Shown piece after piece: positions 23,424 through 31,198 of a DNA stretch of 35,614 bases; the first letter of the stretch is position 1; each line of letters opens with the position of its first letter. The stretch is from an uncultured Candidatus Saccharibacteria bacterium (lineage in GTDB: Bacteria; Patescibacteriota; Minisyncoccia; UBA6257; JAGGUH01), in the NCBI GenBank assembly GCA_964572495.1, contig CAZNFF010000001.1, positions 1 to 35,614 of the forward strand, in the 5' to 3' direction. The position numbers were made by a program, and so were the translations under genes. Below the pieces are notes generated by a model. The model ran no database searches. It saw only the letters and a program-made list of their open reading frames with translations, and was not told the DNA's origin.

Positions 23424-26045
23424 TTAAGCAAAGACAATTTCACCTTTTTCAAGTTTAATCGTGAATTTTTTATTGCGTTTGATTTTTCCAGCAATGATTT
23501 GAGTTGCAAAAGGATTTAAAATTACTTTTTCAATCAAGCGCTTGAGCGGTCGAGCTCCATATTCTGGAGAGAAGCCTTTTTCCACCAGATATTTCTTTGC
23601 TTCTTCGCTTAACTCAATTGAAATTCCTTTTTCTTTTAATCTTTCTTTCACTCTTTCCATTTGAATTTCAACAATTTTTTCCATATCTTTCTTTGAAAGA
23701 GGATTAAAGATAATAATTTCATCAATTCGGTTCAAAAATTCTGGTTTAAATTTTGATTTCACAATTTCCATGATTTTTTTATGATAATCAGCCATTTTTT
23801 CTTTTTCTTTCTCTTTATCTGAAGAAATTTCAAAACCAATTGAGCCACCTCTTTCTTTGAAAAGATGGCTTCCTAAATTTGAAGTCATAATGATAATTGA
23901 ATTTTTGAAATTAACCGTTCTTCCTTTACCATCAGTTAAGCGTCCTTCATCTAAAATTTGAAGCAAAAGATTTAACACTTCAGGATTAGCTTTTTCAATT
24001 TCATCAAAAAGAATTAAAGAATAAGGTCGATGGCGAATGGCGTCAGTAAGCTGACCTCCTTCTTCCCAGCCAACATAACCAGGAGGTGAACCAATTAACC
24101 GAGCCACCGAATGAGGTTCCATATATTCACTCATATCAATTCGAATCATTGCTTTTTCGTCATTAAACATAAATTCAGCCAAAGCCTTGGCAAGCTCAGT
24201 TTTTCCAACTCCAGTTGGTCCTAAAAACATGAAAGAACCAATTGGACGATTTTCATCGGTCAGTCCAGCTCGGGCTCGACGAATGGCATTGGAAATAGCT
24301 TCAATGGCTTTTTGTTGACCCACCACCCTTTTACTTAAAATTTCTTCCATTCTTAAAAGTTTTTTCGCTTCTGGTTCTAAAATTTTAGTTACTGGAATTC
24401 CAGTCCAAGAAGAAACCACTCGAGCGATGTCCTCTTTGGTGATTTCTTCCTTGAAGTATTTTTTAAGGCTCTTTTTACTCTTTTTCTCTAATTCTTTCAA
24501 TTCTTTTTCTTTTTCTGGCAAAATTCCATAGACAATTTCTGCCACTCTTTCAAGATTGCCTCTTTTTTCTTCCATTGCTTTCTCTTCTTTTAAGATTTCA
24601 ATTTCTTTTTTAAGCTCATTTATTCTTTCAAAAATTTCTTTTTCTTTTTGATAAGCTTTCTCTTCCTTTTCTTTTTTGGCTAAGAGTTTCTTCAATTCTT
24701 TTTCAATCTTTTTAAGCTTGGCTAAATTAGCCTTAGTCTTTGGCTCTTTCTTTAAAACCTCTTTTTCTAGTTGATATTGAAAGATTTGTTTATTTAAATT
24801 TTCCAAGCTTGGAGGAAGGCTGTCTTGTTGAATCCTTAAAGAAGAAGCCGCTTCATCAATTAAATCAATCGCTTTGTCAGGTAAGAAACGATCAGTGATA
24901 TAGCGGCTTGAAAGAGTGACCGCTGCCACAATTGCTTCATCACTAATTTTGACGTTATGATGGAGCTCATATTTATGCTTCAAGCCTCTTAAAATGGCAA
25001 TGGCATCGTTAATTGAAGGTTCATCAACCAAAACTGGTTGGAATCTTCTTTCCAAAGCTGGGTCTTTTTCAATATAGCGGTGATATTCTTTGGTGGTCGT
25101 GGCTCCAATACATCTAATTTCGCCTCGAGCTAAGGCTGGTTTTAACATATTAGAAGCATCCACCGCTCCTTCAGCGGCACCAGCGCCAATAATAGTATGA
25201 ATTTCATCAATAAAAAGAATAATTCTTCCTTGAGATTTTTTGATTTCTCTTAAAAAGGCTTTTAATCTCTCTTCAAATTCACCTCGAAAACGAGTTCCGG
25301 CAATCATTGCTCCAAGATCAAGCATAATAATTTCTTTTCCTTTCAAAATATCAGGCACATCTCCTTTAACAATTTTTTGAGCCAAACCTTCAACAATTGC
25401 CGTTTTTCCAACCCCAGGCTCGCCAATCAAAACTGGATTGTTTTTGGTTTTTCGAGAAAGAATTTGAATAATTCTTTTAGTTTCTTTCTCCCGACCAATC
25501 ACCGGATCAAGCTTTTGTTTTCGAGCCAGCTCACACAAATTAACTCCATATTTTTCCAAAACTCGGAATTTATTTTCTGGCATTTCATCGATTACTTTTT
25601 CTCCACCGCGAAGCTTTTTAATAGCAGATAAAATTTCATGACTTCTTATTCCATAAGCATTTAAAATGCTTTTTGCTGGTGAAGGAACTTCACTGATGGA
25701 AAGCAAGAGATGCTCGCAAGAGACATATTCATCACCCATCTCCTTGGCTTTCTTTTGAGCCTCATCCAAAATTTCCATCACTTCTCGAGAAAGATAAAGC
25801 TGACCCACAAGGTTACCTCCCAAAAGTTTTGGCAAAGAATTAAGCTCTTGATTAATTGAGGCTTCAAGACCAGCTAAATTAACCTTTAAATGCTCCAAAA
25901 TTGGCAAAACTAAAGAATCTTTTTGACGCAAAAGAGAGGCAAGAAGATGAATTGCCCTTAAATCGCTATGAGACTTCATCGTGGCAATTTCCTGAGCCAT
26001 CTGAAGCGCCTCCTGAGCTTTGAAAGTAAACTTATGGAATTGCAT
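23424..26045 (-). CDS. clpB: ClpB disaggregase (two AAA+ modules plus a coiled-coil M-domain)
   Basis: Clp-N repeats. NBD1 has [15 protein letters not shown] and [11 protein letters not shown]2 has [15 protein letters not shown] and [11 protein letters not shown] long K/E-rich coiled coil lies between them. Confidence 0.95.
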   Translation of the reverse strand: MQFHKFTFKAQEALQMAQEIATMKSHSDLRAIHLLASLLRQKDSLVLPILEHLKVNLAGLEASINQELNSLPKLLGGNLVGQLYLSREVMEILDEAQKKAKEMGDEYVSCEHLLLSISEVPSPAKSILNAYGIRSHEILSAIKKLRGGEKVIDEMPENKFRVLEKYGVNLCELARKQKLDPVIGREKETKRIIQILSRKTKNNPVLIGEPGVGKTAIVEGLAQKIVKGDVPDILKGKEIIMLDLGAMIAGTRFRGEFEERLKAFLREIKKSQGRIILFIDEIHTIIGAGAAEGAVDASNMLKPALARGEIRCIGATTTKEYHRYIEKDPALERRFQPVLVDEPSINDAIAILRGLKHKYELHHNVKISDEAIVAAVTLSSRYITDRFLPDKAIDLIDEAASSLRIQQDSLPPSLENLNKQIFQYQLEKEVLKKEPKTKANLAKLKKIEKELKKLLAKKEKEEKAYQKEKEIFERINELKKEIEILKEEKAMEEKRGNLERVAEIVYGILPEKEKELKELEKKSKKSLKKYFKEEITKEDIARVVSSWTGIPVTKILEPEAKKLLRMEEILSKRVVGQQKAIEAISNAIRRARAGLTDENRPIGSFMFLGPTGVGKTELAKALAEFMFNDEKAMIRIDMSEYMEPHSVARLIGSPPGYVGWEEGGQLTDAIRHRPYSLILFDEIEKANPEVLNLLLQILDEGRLTDGKGRTVNFKNSIIIMTSNLGSHLFKERGGSIGFEISSDKEKEKEKMADYHKKIMEIVKSKFKPEFLNRIDEIIIFNPLSKKDMEKIVEIQMERVKERLKEKGISIELSEEAKKYLVEKGFSPEYGARPLKRLIEKVILNPFATQIIAGKIKRNKKFTIKLEKGEIVFA

Positions 26046-26092
26046 TTCCTTTTATTTTAGCTTAATTTTTGAGAAAAATCAACTTTTTAAAA

Positions 26093-26272
26093 TTACTTTT
26101 CTTCTTCCTCAATTGCTCCAAAAGGACAAATTTCTTTTCCGCCACATTCTTTTAATTTTTCCTGATCAATGATTTCTGCCTTTCCATCTTCACCAAGTTT
26201 TATTCCTTGAGGACAGATTGCCTGGCAGCTACCACAGCCTTGACATTTTTCTTTATTGATTTTATAAGCCAT
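26093..26272 (-). CDS. Small (59 aa) mono-cluster [4Fe-4S] ferredoxin
   Basis: My own translation gives MAYKINKEKCQGCGSCQAICPQGIKLGEDGKAEIIDQEKLKECGGKEICPFGAIEEEEK. It has CxxCxxCxxxCP plus a distal C...CP. It is exactly 60 codons including the stop and is absent from the track, presumably because it falls below the size cutoff. It lies 47 nt upstream of clpB on the same strand. Confidence 0.75.
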   Translation of the reverse strand: MAYKINKEKCQGCGSCQAICPQGIKLGEDGKAEIIDQEKLKECGGKEICPFGAIEEEEK

Positions 26273-26402
26273 TAATATTTAGTTTTTTCTTAAAATCCTC
26301 GCCCTTTCCTAACCAAAAAGATGATATTCAAAAAAATCTTTTTGTCAACTTAAAAAGATTTTTCACTTTACATTTTTTTCAAAAAATTTAAAATTCAAAA
26401 AA

Positions 26403-27464
26403 ATGAAGGAAGAAAAGAAAATTGAAAAAATCATTAAAAAATTAATGGAAGATTTGCCTGAGCGTTATCAGTTTGTGCTTATCAGAAGATATGGACTTGA
26501 AGGAGGTTCTCCTTTCACTTTGGAGGCGATCGGAAAAGATCTTGGGGGAGTGAGTCGAGAAAGGGTAAGACAGATAAAAATTAAAGCTCAAGAGAAAATT
26601 AAAAAAAATTTAAAGCTTATCAAACCAATTTCAGAGTGGGCAAAAAATTTCCTCAATTTTTGGGGTGGGATAAGAAAAGAAGAAGAATTTTTAAAAGAAG
26701 CCGCTTTAGTGTTTTTAAAAAAAGAGCCAACTCCTTTATTTTCCAATCAATTTAAATTCATTTTAGAGCTGGATGAGGAAATTGAAAGAAAAAAAGAAAC
26801 TCCTTTCCATTTCAGCTACTTTTATCTTCCCGAAAAAGAAAAACTCTTTCTAAAAGTAATTGAGTTCTTTAAAGAAAAGTTAAAAGAAGTTAATCGTCCT
26901 TTAAGCTTGAAAGAATATGAGGCTCTGGTTAAAAAAGCCAAAAATAAATTTTCTTTAACTGAAGGAATCATCTCTTCTTTTCTTTCCACTTCCAAAGAAT
27001 TTGATTTTAATTTTTTGGGAGAATTTGGCTTAAAAAGCTGGAATGAGATTTCTCCAAGAAAAATTTCCGAAAAAATTTATCTGGTTTTCAAAAAACTTAA
27101 TCGACCGCTTCATTTTCAAGAAGCTTCAAGCTATCTTCAAAAAGAATATCCGTTTGAAGCTTTCAAGCCAACCACAGTTCACAATGAGCTTATTAAAAAC
27201 CCTCAATTTGTTTTAGTTGGTCGAGGAATTTATGCTTTAAGAGAATGGGGCTATCAAGGAGGCAGGCTTTCTGAGGTTTTGGAAAGAATTTTTAGAAGAG
27301 AAAGAAGAGCCTTGACTTTTGATGAAATAAAAGAAAAAGTAAAAAAAGAATTGATTGTTAAAGATTCAACTATTCTTTTAAACCTCTCTTCAAGTCCCTT
27401 TTTTGAAAAAACCAAAGATGGTCGCTGGCGCTATCGAAAACCCAAAAAGATATTTGAAGCTTAA
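26403..27464 (+). CDS. Sigma-70 region-4 domain fused to three tandem HARE-HTH-like winged-helix modules (not a complete sigma factor)
   Basis: aa 15-68, LPERYQFVLIRRYGLEGGSPFTLEAIGKDLGGVSRERVRQIKIKAQEKIKK, follows the sigma region 4.2 pattern (compare LTPRE..VL.LRFG......TLEEVG..F.VTRERIRQIE.KALRKL). No region 2 or 3 is present. aa 221-283, NRPLHFQEASSYL...VGRGIYALREW, looks like the RNAP delta-subunit N-terminal (HARE-HTH) domain. Related units lie at aa 147-213 and 288-345. Confidence 0.6.
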   Translation: MKEEKKIEKIIKKLMEDLPERYQFVLIRRYGLEGGSPFTLEAIGKDLGGVSRERVRQIKIKAQEKIKKNLKLIKPISEWAKNFLNFWGGIRKEEEFLKEAALVFLKKEPTPLFSNQFKFILELDEEIERKKETPFHFSYFYLPEKEKLFLKVIEFFKEKLKEVNRPLSLKEYEALVKKAKNKFSLTEGIISSFLSTSKEFDFNFLGEFGLKSWNEISPRKISEKIYLVFKKLNRPLHFQEASSYLQKEYPFEAFKPTTVHNELIKNPQFVLVGRGIYALREWGYQGGRLSEVLERIFRRERRALTFDEIKEKVKKELIVKDSTILLNLSSSPFFEKTKDGRWRYRKPKKIFEA

Positions 27465-27466
27465 AA

Positions 27467-28750
27467 ATGAGAAAGTTTTTTTCTAAAAAATTTTTCCTGG
27501 GTTTAATTTTTGGGGTGATTTTAGGAGCTCTTCTTTTTGGAAGCGCTAATTTTCTTTTGGCAAAAAACGATTCTTTTTCCAAAGATCTTTGGCTTAAAAT
27601 TTATCATTATTTCCTTCCCAAAAAGAAAAATGAATTAAATCAAAAAGAAAGCTTTTCTCAAGAAAAAGAAAATCTTTCAAAAACTTCAAAATATCTTCCT
27701 CAAACCGAACATGAAAGAAAAATCATTGAAATTGTAAAAGAAGCCCAAAAGGCAGTGGTAAGCATTATCGTTTTAAAGGAAATGCCAGTTTATGAAAAAT
27801 ATTACTATTCTCCTTTCGAGGATCTTCCTGAAGAATTTAAGCCTTTTTTTGAATTTAAAATCCCGGGCTGGAAGAAAAAAGGAACTAAAAAAGAAGAAGT
27901 AGGCGAGGGAACTGGTTTTTTTGTTTCCTCTGACGGTTTAATTTTAACTAACAAGCATGTGGTTTATGATAAAGATGCGGAATATTTAGTGATTACTTCT
28001 GATAAAAAGAAATACCAAGCCAAAGTTTTAGCTCGTGATCCTTCAGCTGACATTGCTATTTTAAAAGTTAAAGGAAAGAACTTTCCTTATCTTAAATTAG
28101 GTGATTCCGATGAAATTGTTTTAGGTCAAACCGTCATTGCCATTGGTAATGCTTTAGGTCAATTTCAAAATACCATTTCAGTTGGGGTTGTTTCCGGACT
28201 TGGAAGAAGAATTACCGCCGCTGGAGCTGGCTATGTGGAAACCGTTGAAAATATGATTCAAACCGATGCTGCTATCAACAAAGGTAATTCTGGTGGGCCA
28301 CTTTTAAATTTAAAAGGAGAAGTCATTGGAATTAACACTGCCATGGCAACTGGAGCTGAAAATATTGGCTTTGCCACTCCAATTAATATCGCCAAAAAAG
28401 ATCTTCAAATGGTAAAAGAAAAAGGAAAAATTGTCATTCCTTTTTTGGGAATCAGGTATATCTTAGTTGATGAAAGTGTTAAAGAAAAATATCATCTTTC
28501 AGTAAATTATGGCGCTTTAATTGTTGGAGATAAAGATCATCCAGGGGTTATTCCTGGCTCCCCAGCTGAAAAAGTCGGCTTAAAAGAAGGAGATATTATC
28601 TTAGAGCTAAACGGACAAAAAATTACTCTTGAAAATTCTTTAGCTTCTTTAATTCGAAAATATGAGCCTTATCAAAAAGTGAGATTGAAAGTTTTAAGAA
28701 AGGATGAAATAAAATATTTTGATGTTATTTTAGGGGAAAGAAGCAGCTAG
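27467..28750 (+). CDS. htrA: HtrA/DegP-family serine protease with a PDZ domain, membrane-anchored
   Basis: N-terminal TM segment. Triad contexts are TNKHVV (His), DIAILKV (Asp) and GNSGGPLLN (Ser). PDZ domain GSPAEKVGLKEGDIILELNG. Confidence 0.9.
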   Translation: MRKFFSKKFFLGLIFGVILGALLFGSANFLLAKNDSFSKDLWLKIYHYFLPKKKNELNQKESFSQEKENLSKTSKYLPQTEHERKIIEIVKEAQKAVVSIIVLKEMPVYEKYYYSPFEDLPEEFKPFFEFKIPGWKKKGTKKEEVGEGTGFFVSSDGLILTNKHVVYDKDAEYLVITSDKKKYQAKVLARDPSADIAILKVKGKNFPYLKLGDSDEIVLGQTVIAIGNALGQFQNTISVGVVSGLGRRITAAGAGYVETVENMIQTDAAINKGNSGGPLLNLKGEVIGINTAMATGAENIGFATPINIAKKDLQMVKEKGKIVIPFLGIRYILVDESVKEKYHLSVNYGALIVGDKDHPGVIPGSPAEKVGLKEGDIILELNGQKITLENSLASLIRKYEPYQKVRLKVLRKDEIKYFDVILGERSS

Positions 28751-29277
28751 TGAATTATTTTCAATTTTTTCATCTCCAAAAAAATTTTTTCAAAAATTAA
28801 AGGAAGTTTTTCTTTCTCTTTTTTAGGAATTTTTTTTAAAATAAAATTTTCAGCTTTTCCTTTTAAATAAGATGGGCGGGCGCCAATTCGAAGCCGCCAA
28901 ATTTTTTTTGAGGAAAGCGTTTCAAAAATTGATTCAATTCCTTTATGTCCAGCCGAGCCCCTTAAAAAAACAATTTTGAAATTTCCGAAAACAATGTCAC
29001 TATCATCTTGGACTACTAAAACTTCTTCACTTTTCAGTTTAAATTTTTTTAAAGCTTCTTTTAAAGCAATTCCAGAAAGATTCATCAAAACTTTTGACTT
29101 TGCTAAAATAAGATCATTGATTTCAATAAATTCAAAATTTTCATTTTCAAGCCACTTTTTTGAAGGAGCCAGTTTTTCTTTCAAAAAATCCAAAAAAAGC
29201 ATCCCTAAATTGTGCCAGCTGGTTTCATACTTTTTCAAAGGATTACCAATGCCAAAAATAAGCTTTATCTTTTCCAT
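28747..29277 (-). CDS. pth: Peptidyl-tRNA hydrolase
   Basis: GIGNPLKKYETSWHNLG (catalytic His region), VVQDDSDI, GSAGHKGIESI. Confidence 0.85.
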   Translation of the reverse strand: MEKIKLIFGIGNPLKKYETSWHNLGMLFLDFLKEKLAPSKKWLENENFEFIEINDLILAKSKVLMNLSGIALKEALKKFKLKSEEVLVVQDDSDIVFGNFKIVFLRGSAGHKGIESIFETLSSKKIWRLRIGARPSYLKGKAENFILKKIPKKEKEKLPLIFEKIFLEMKKLKIIH

Positions 29278-29339
29278 CAGCTAAAATTATATTTTAATCT
29301 TTTTTTAATTTCAAAATTGGCTAAAATTTAAAACTAAAA

Positions 29340-30149
29340 ATGTTTGATCAAATTGGAAAAATTGCCATTTTAAACGTTAAAGGGGAAATTAAAAGAGAAG
29401 ATTTAAAAAAATTTAAAGAAATTGGGAAAAAGATTTTAGAGGAAAATCGCCATCTTGAGACGGTGCTTTTAAAAAAAGAAAAAATTAAAGGAAGATTAAG
29501 AAAAGCTAAATACCAGCTTTTAGCTGGAAAAAGAGTTTATGAAACTCTTCATAAAGAAAATAATTGTCTTTTTAAACTTGATGTCAGGAAAGTTTATTTT
29601 AATCCTCGTTTAGCTTCTAATCGACTTTATATCGCTCAAAAAATTGCTCATTTAATTAAAACCAAGAAAATAAAAAATCCAAAAATTTTGGTGGCTTTTG
29701 CTGGAATTGGTGTTTATGGTATTGTCATTGGAAAATTTTTAAAAAAAGAAAAATTAAGTTATCAAAAAATTACTTTAGTGGAAATTAATCGAGAGGCGAT
29801 TAAATTTGCCAAACAAAATGTGGCTTTAAACAAGCTTGAAAATTTTGAAATTTTTCAAGGAGATGTCAAAAAAATTTTGCCAAATTTAAAAGAAAAATTT
29901 GAAATCATCATTGCTCCAAGACCCAAGCTTAAAGAAGATTTTTTAAAGGAGCTTGCTTTGGTAGCAAAAAAAGGAAGTTTGATTTATTATTTTGACTTTG
30001 TAAAAAGGGAAGATTTTGAAAATTTAAAAGAAATTTTTAAGGAAAAGTTGAAAAGATTGAAAAAGAAAATTAAAATAATTGAAATTAAAAAAGCTGGAAA
30101 AATTTCACCAAGTAAGTTAAGAGTAATGATTGTTTTTAAGCTGATTTAA
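29340..30149 (+). CDS. Trm5/Taw2 (Met-10+) family class I SAM-dependent methyltransferase, archaeal/eukaryal-type tRNA m1G37 methyltransferase-like
   Basis: FDQIGKIAILN, FKLDVRKVYFNPRLASNR (compare archaeal Trm5 FKLDVAK.M.S.GN..ER), SAM-binding ILVAFAGIGVYGI, VEINREAIKFAKQNVALNKL. The usual NLP/NPPY-type motif after FE(R)II is APRP here. Confidence 0.65.
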   Translation: MFDQIGKIAILNVKGEIKREDLKKFKEIGKKILEENRHLETVLLKKEKIKGRLRKAKYQLLAGKRVYETLHKENNCLFKLDVRKVYFNPRLASNRLYIAQKIAHLIKTKKIKNPKILVAFAGIGVYGIVIGKFLKKEKLSYQKITLVEINREAIKFAKQNVALNKLENFEIFQGDVKKILPNLKEKFEIIIAPRPKLKEDFLKELALVAKKGSLIYYFDFVKREDFENLKEIFKEKLKRLKKKIKIIEIKKAGKISPSKLRVMIVFKLI

Positions 30150-30175
30150 AGGTCGCAATTTTTTAAAAAGAAAAA

Positions 30176-31126
30176 ATGAAAAAAACGATCGTTTTAATTT
30201 CAATTTTAACTTTGTTTGTAGCAACAGTTGCTTTTGCTAAGGTTTCATTTTTTAAGCCCAAAAAAGTTTTTTTGCCAAAATTTAAAGCTTTAAAGGCAAG
30301 AGAAATTGAGATTGTAAAGAAAAGAAAAATTTCTTTGGCTTCAAAGAAAAGTTTGGAAAATTTTCCTTTCTTCAATTTCCCTCATTTCCCTATCTTTTTT
30401 GGCAAAAAAGCCGCTACTGGGATTTTAGGAGAAGAAGTTAAAGGCAATCGCTATGCCATTGTTATTGGAATTTCTGATTATCCTGGAAACGGAAACGATC
30501 TTAACTTTGCCGATGATGATGCCAGATTATTCGCTCAAGTTTTAAAAGAGAAATATTCTTTTCCGGAAGAGAATGTTTTCACTTTTATTGATAGCAATGC
30601 TCAAGCCGAAGAAATTTTTGAAACCATTAATGATTTAAGAAAGAAAGTTACTCAAGATGATGAAGTTGTCTTTTTCTTCTCTGGTCATGGAGTAAGAGGA
30701 ATTGCTGAAGATGAAGATCGAGAATTAATGGATGAAGGAATTCTTCTTTGGCAAGGAAATGACTTTTTCTATCTCTGGGATGGTCAGCTAAAGAAGTGGT
30801 TTGAAAATTTCCCTACTTCAAGGGTAGTGTTTATCTTTGATAGCTGCCTTGCTGGCGGAATGAAAGATGTCGCTGAAGATGGAAGAATTATTAATATGGC
30901 AACTCGAGAATTTGGAAGATTTGGAGAAGCAGTTGAGCTTGAAGAACTAGGTCATGGAGAATTTACCTATTATTTTGTCAAAGAAGCAATGGAAGAAGGG
31001 AAAGCTGATACTACGCCTCAAGATGGAGTTGTTAGCGATGAAGAAGCTTTTGACTGGGCCAAAGAAAATTGCCGCTATGACTGGCCAACTATTGATGATC
31101 GCTTCCCTTACGATTTAGTTTTCTAA
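30176..31126 (+). CDS. Secreted caspase-fold cysteine peptidase (clan CD, C14-like)
   Basis: Signal peptide MKKTIVLISILTLFVATVAFA. Core NRYAIVIGISDYPGNGNDLNFADDDARLFAQVL. Catalytic His171 in VVFFFSGHG and Cys224 in VFIFDSCLAGG. GEFTYYFVKEAMEEGKAD...DGVVSDEE is typical of bacterial caspase-like proteins. Confidence 0.75.
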   Translation: MKKTIVLISILTLFVATVAFAKVSFFKPKKVFLPKFKALKAREIEIVKKRKISLASKKSLENFPFFNFPHFPIFFGKKAATGILGEEVKGNRYAIVIGISDYPGNGNDLNFADDDARLFAQVLKEKYSFPEENVFTFIDSNAQAEEIFETINDLRKKVTQDDEVVFFFSGHGVRGIAEDEDRELMDEGILLWQGNDFFYLWDGQLKKWFENFPTSRVVFIFDSCLAGGMKDVAEDGRIINMATREFGRFGEAVELEELGHGEFTYYFVKEAMEEGKADTTPQDGVVSDEEAFDWAKENCRYDWPTIDDRFPYDLVF

Positions 31127-31158
31127 AAAACTTCTTTTCTCAAAACTCTCTGAAAAAC

Positions 31159-31183
31159 TCACTTTGAAAGAGTGAAAGTTTTT
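31159..31183 (+). terminator. Weak hairpin plus T-run downstream of the caspase-like gene
   Basis: TCACTT-TGAAA-GAGTGA forms a 6-bp stem including one G-U pair (31159-31175), followed by AAG-TTTTT (31179-31183). It is AT-rich and marginal. Confidence 0.25.
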
Positions 31184-31198
31184 AAACTCTAAAAATTT

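Noticed and set aside
26273-26402. AT-rich inverted repeats (AAAAAGAT...ATCTTTTT, with a further AAAAAGAT copy) between the ferredoxin gene and the sigma-r4 gene.
   Set aside because: These are 8-nt A/T-only repeats in a divergent promoter region. They are too weak and too likely by chance in this composition to call a regulatory element.
28976-29284. A 102-aa plus-strand ORF antisense to pth, and a 70-aa minus-strand ORF (30163-30375) antisense to the caspase-like gene's 5' end.
   Set aside because: These are shadow ORFs within well-supported genes. Their sequence is low-complexity and no conserved motifs are visible.
30182-30195. A 14-bp palindrome AAAACGATCGTTTT sharing the CGATCG core with the 22-bp palindrome.
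   Set aside because: It lies inside the signal-peptide coding region of the caspase-like gene. A 7+7 palindrome is expected by chance about twice in 35 kb, and its flanks do not match the TTACTTACC half-site.
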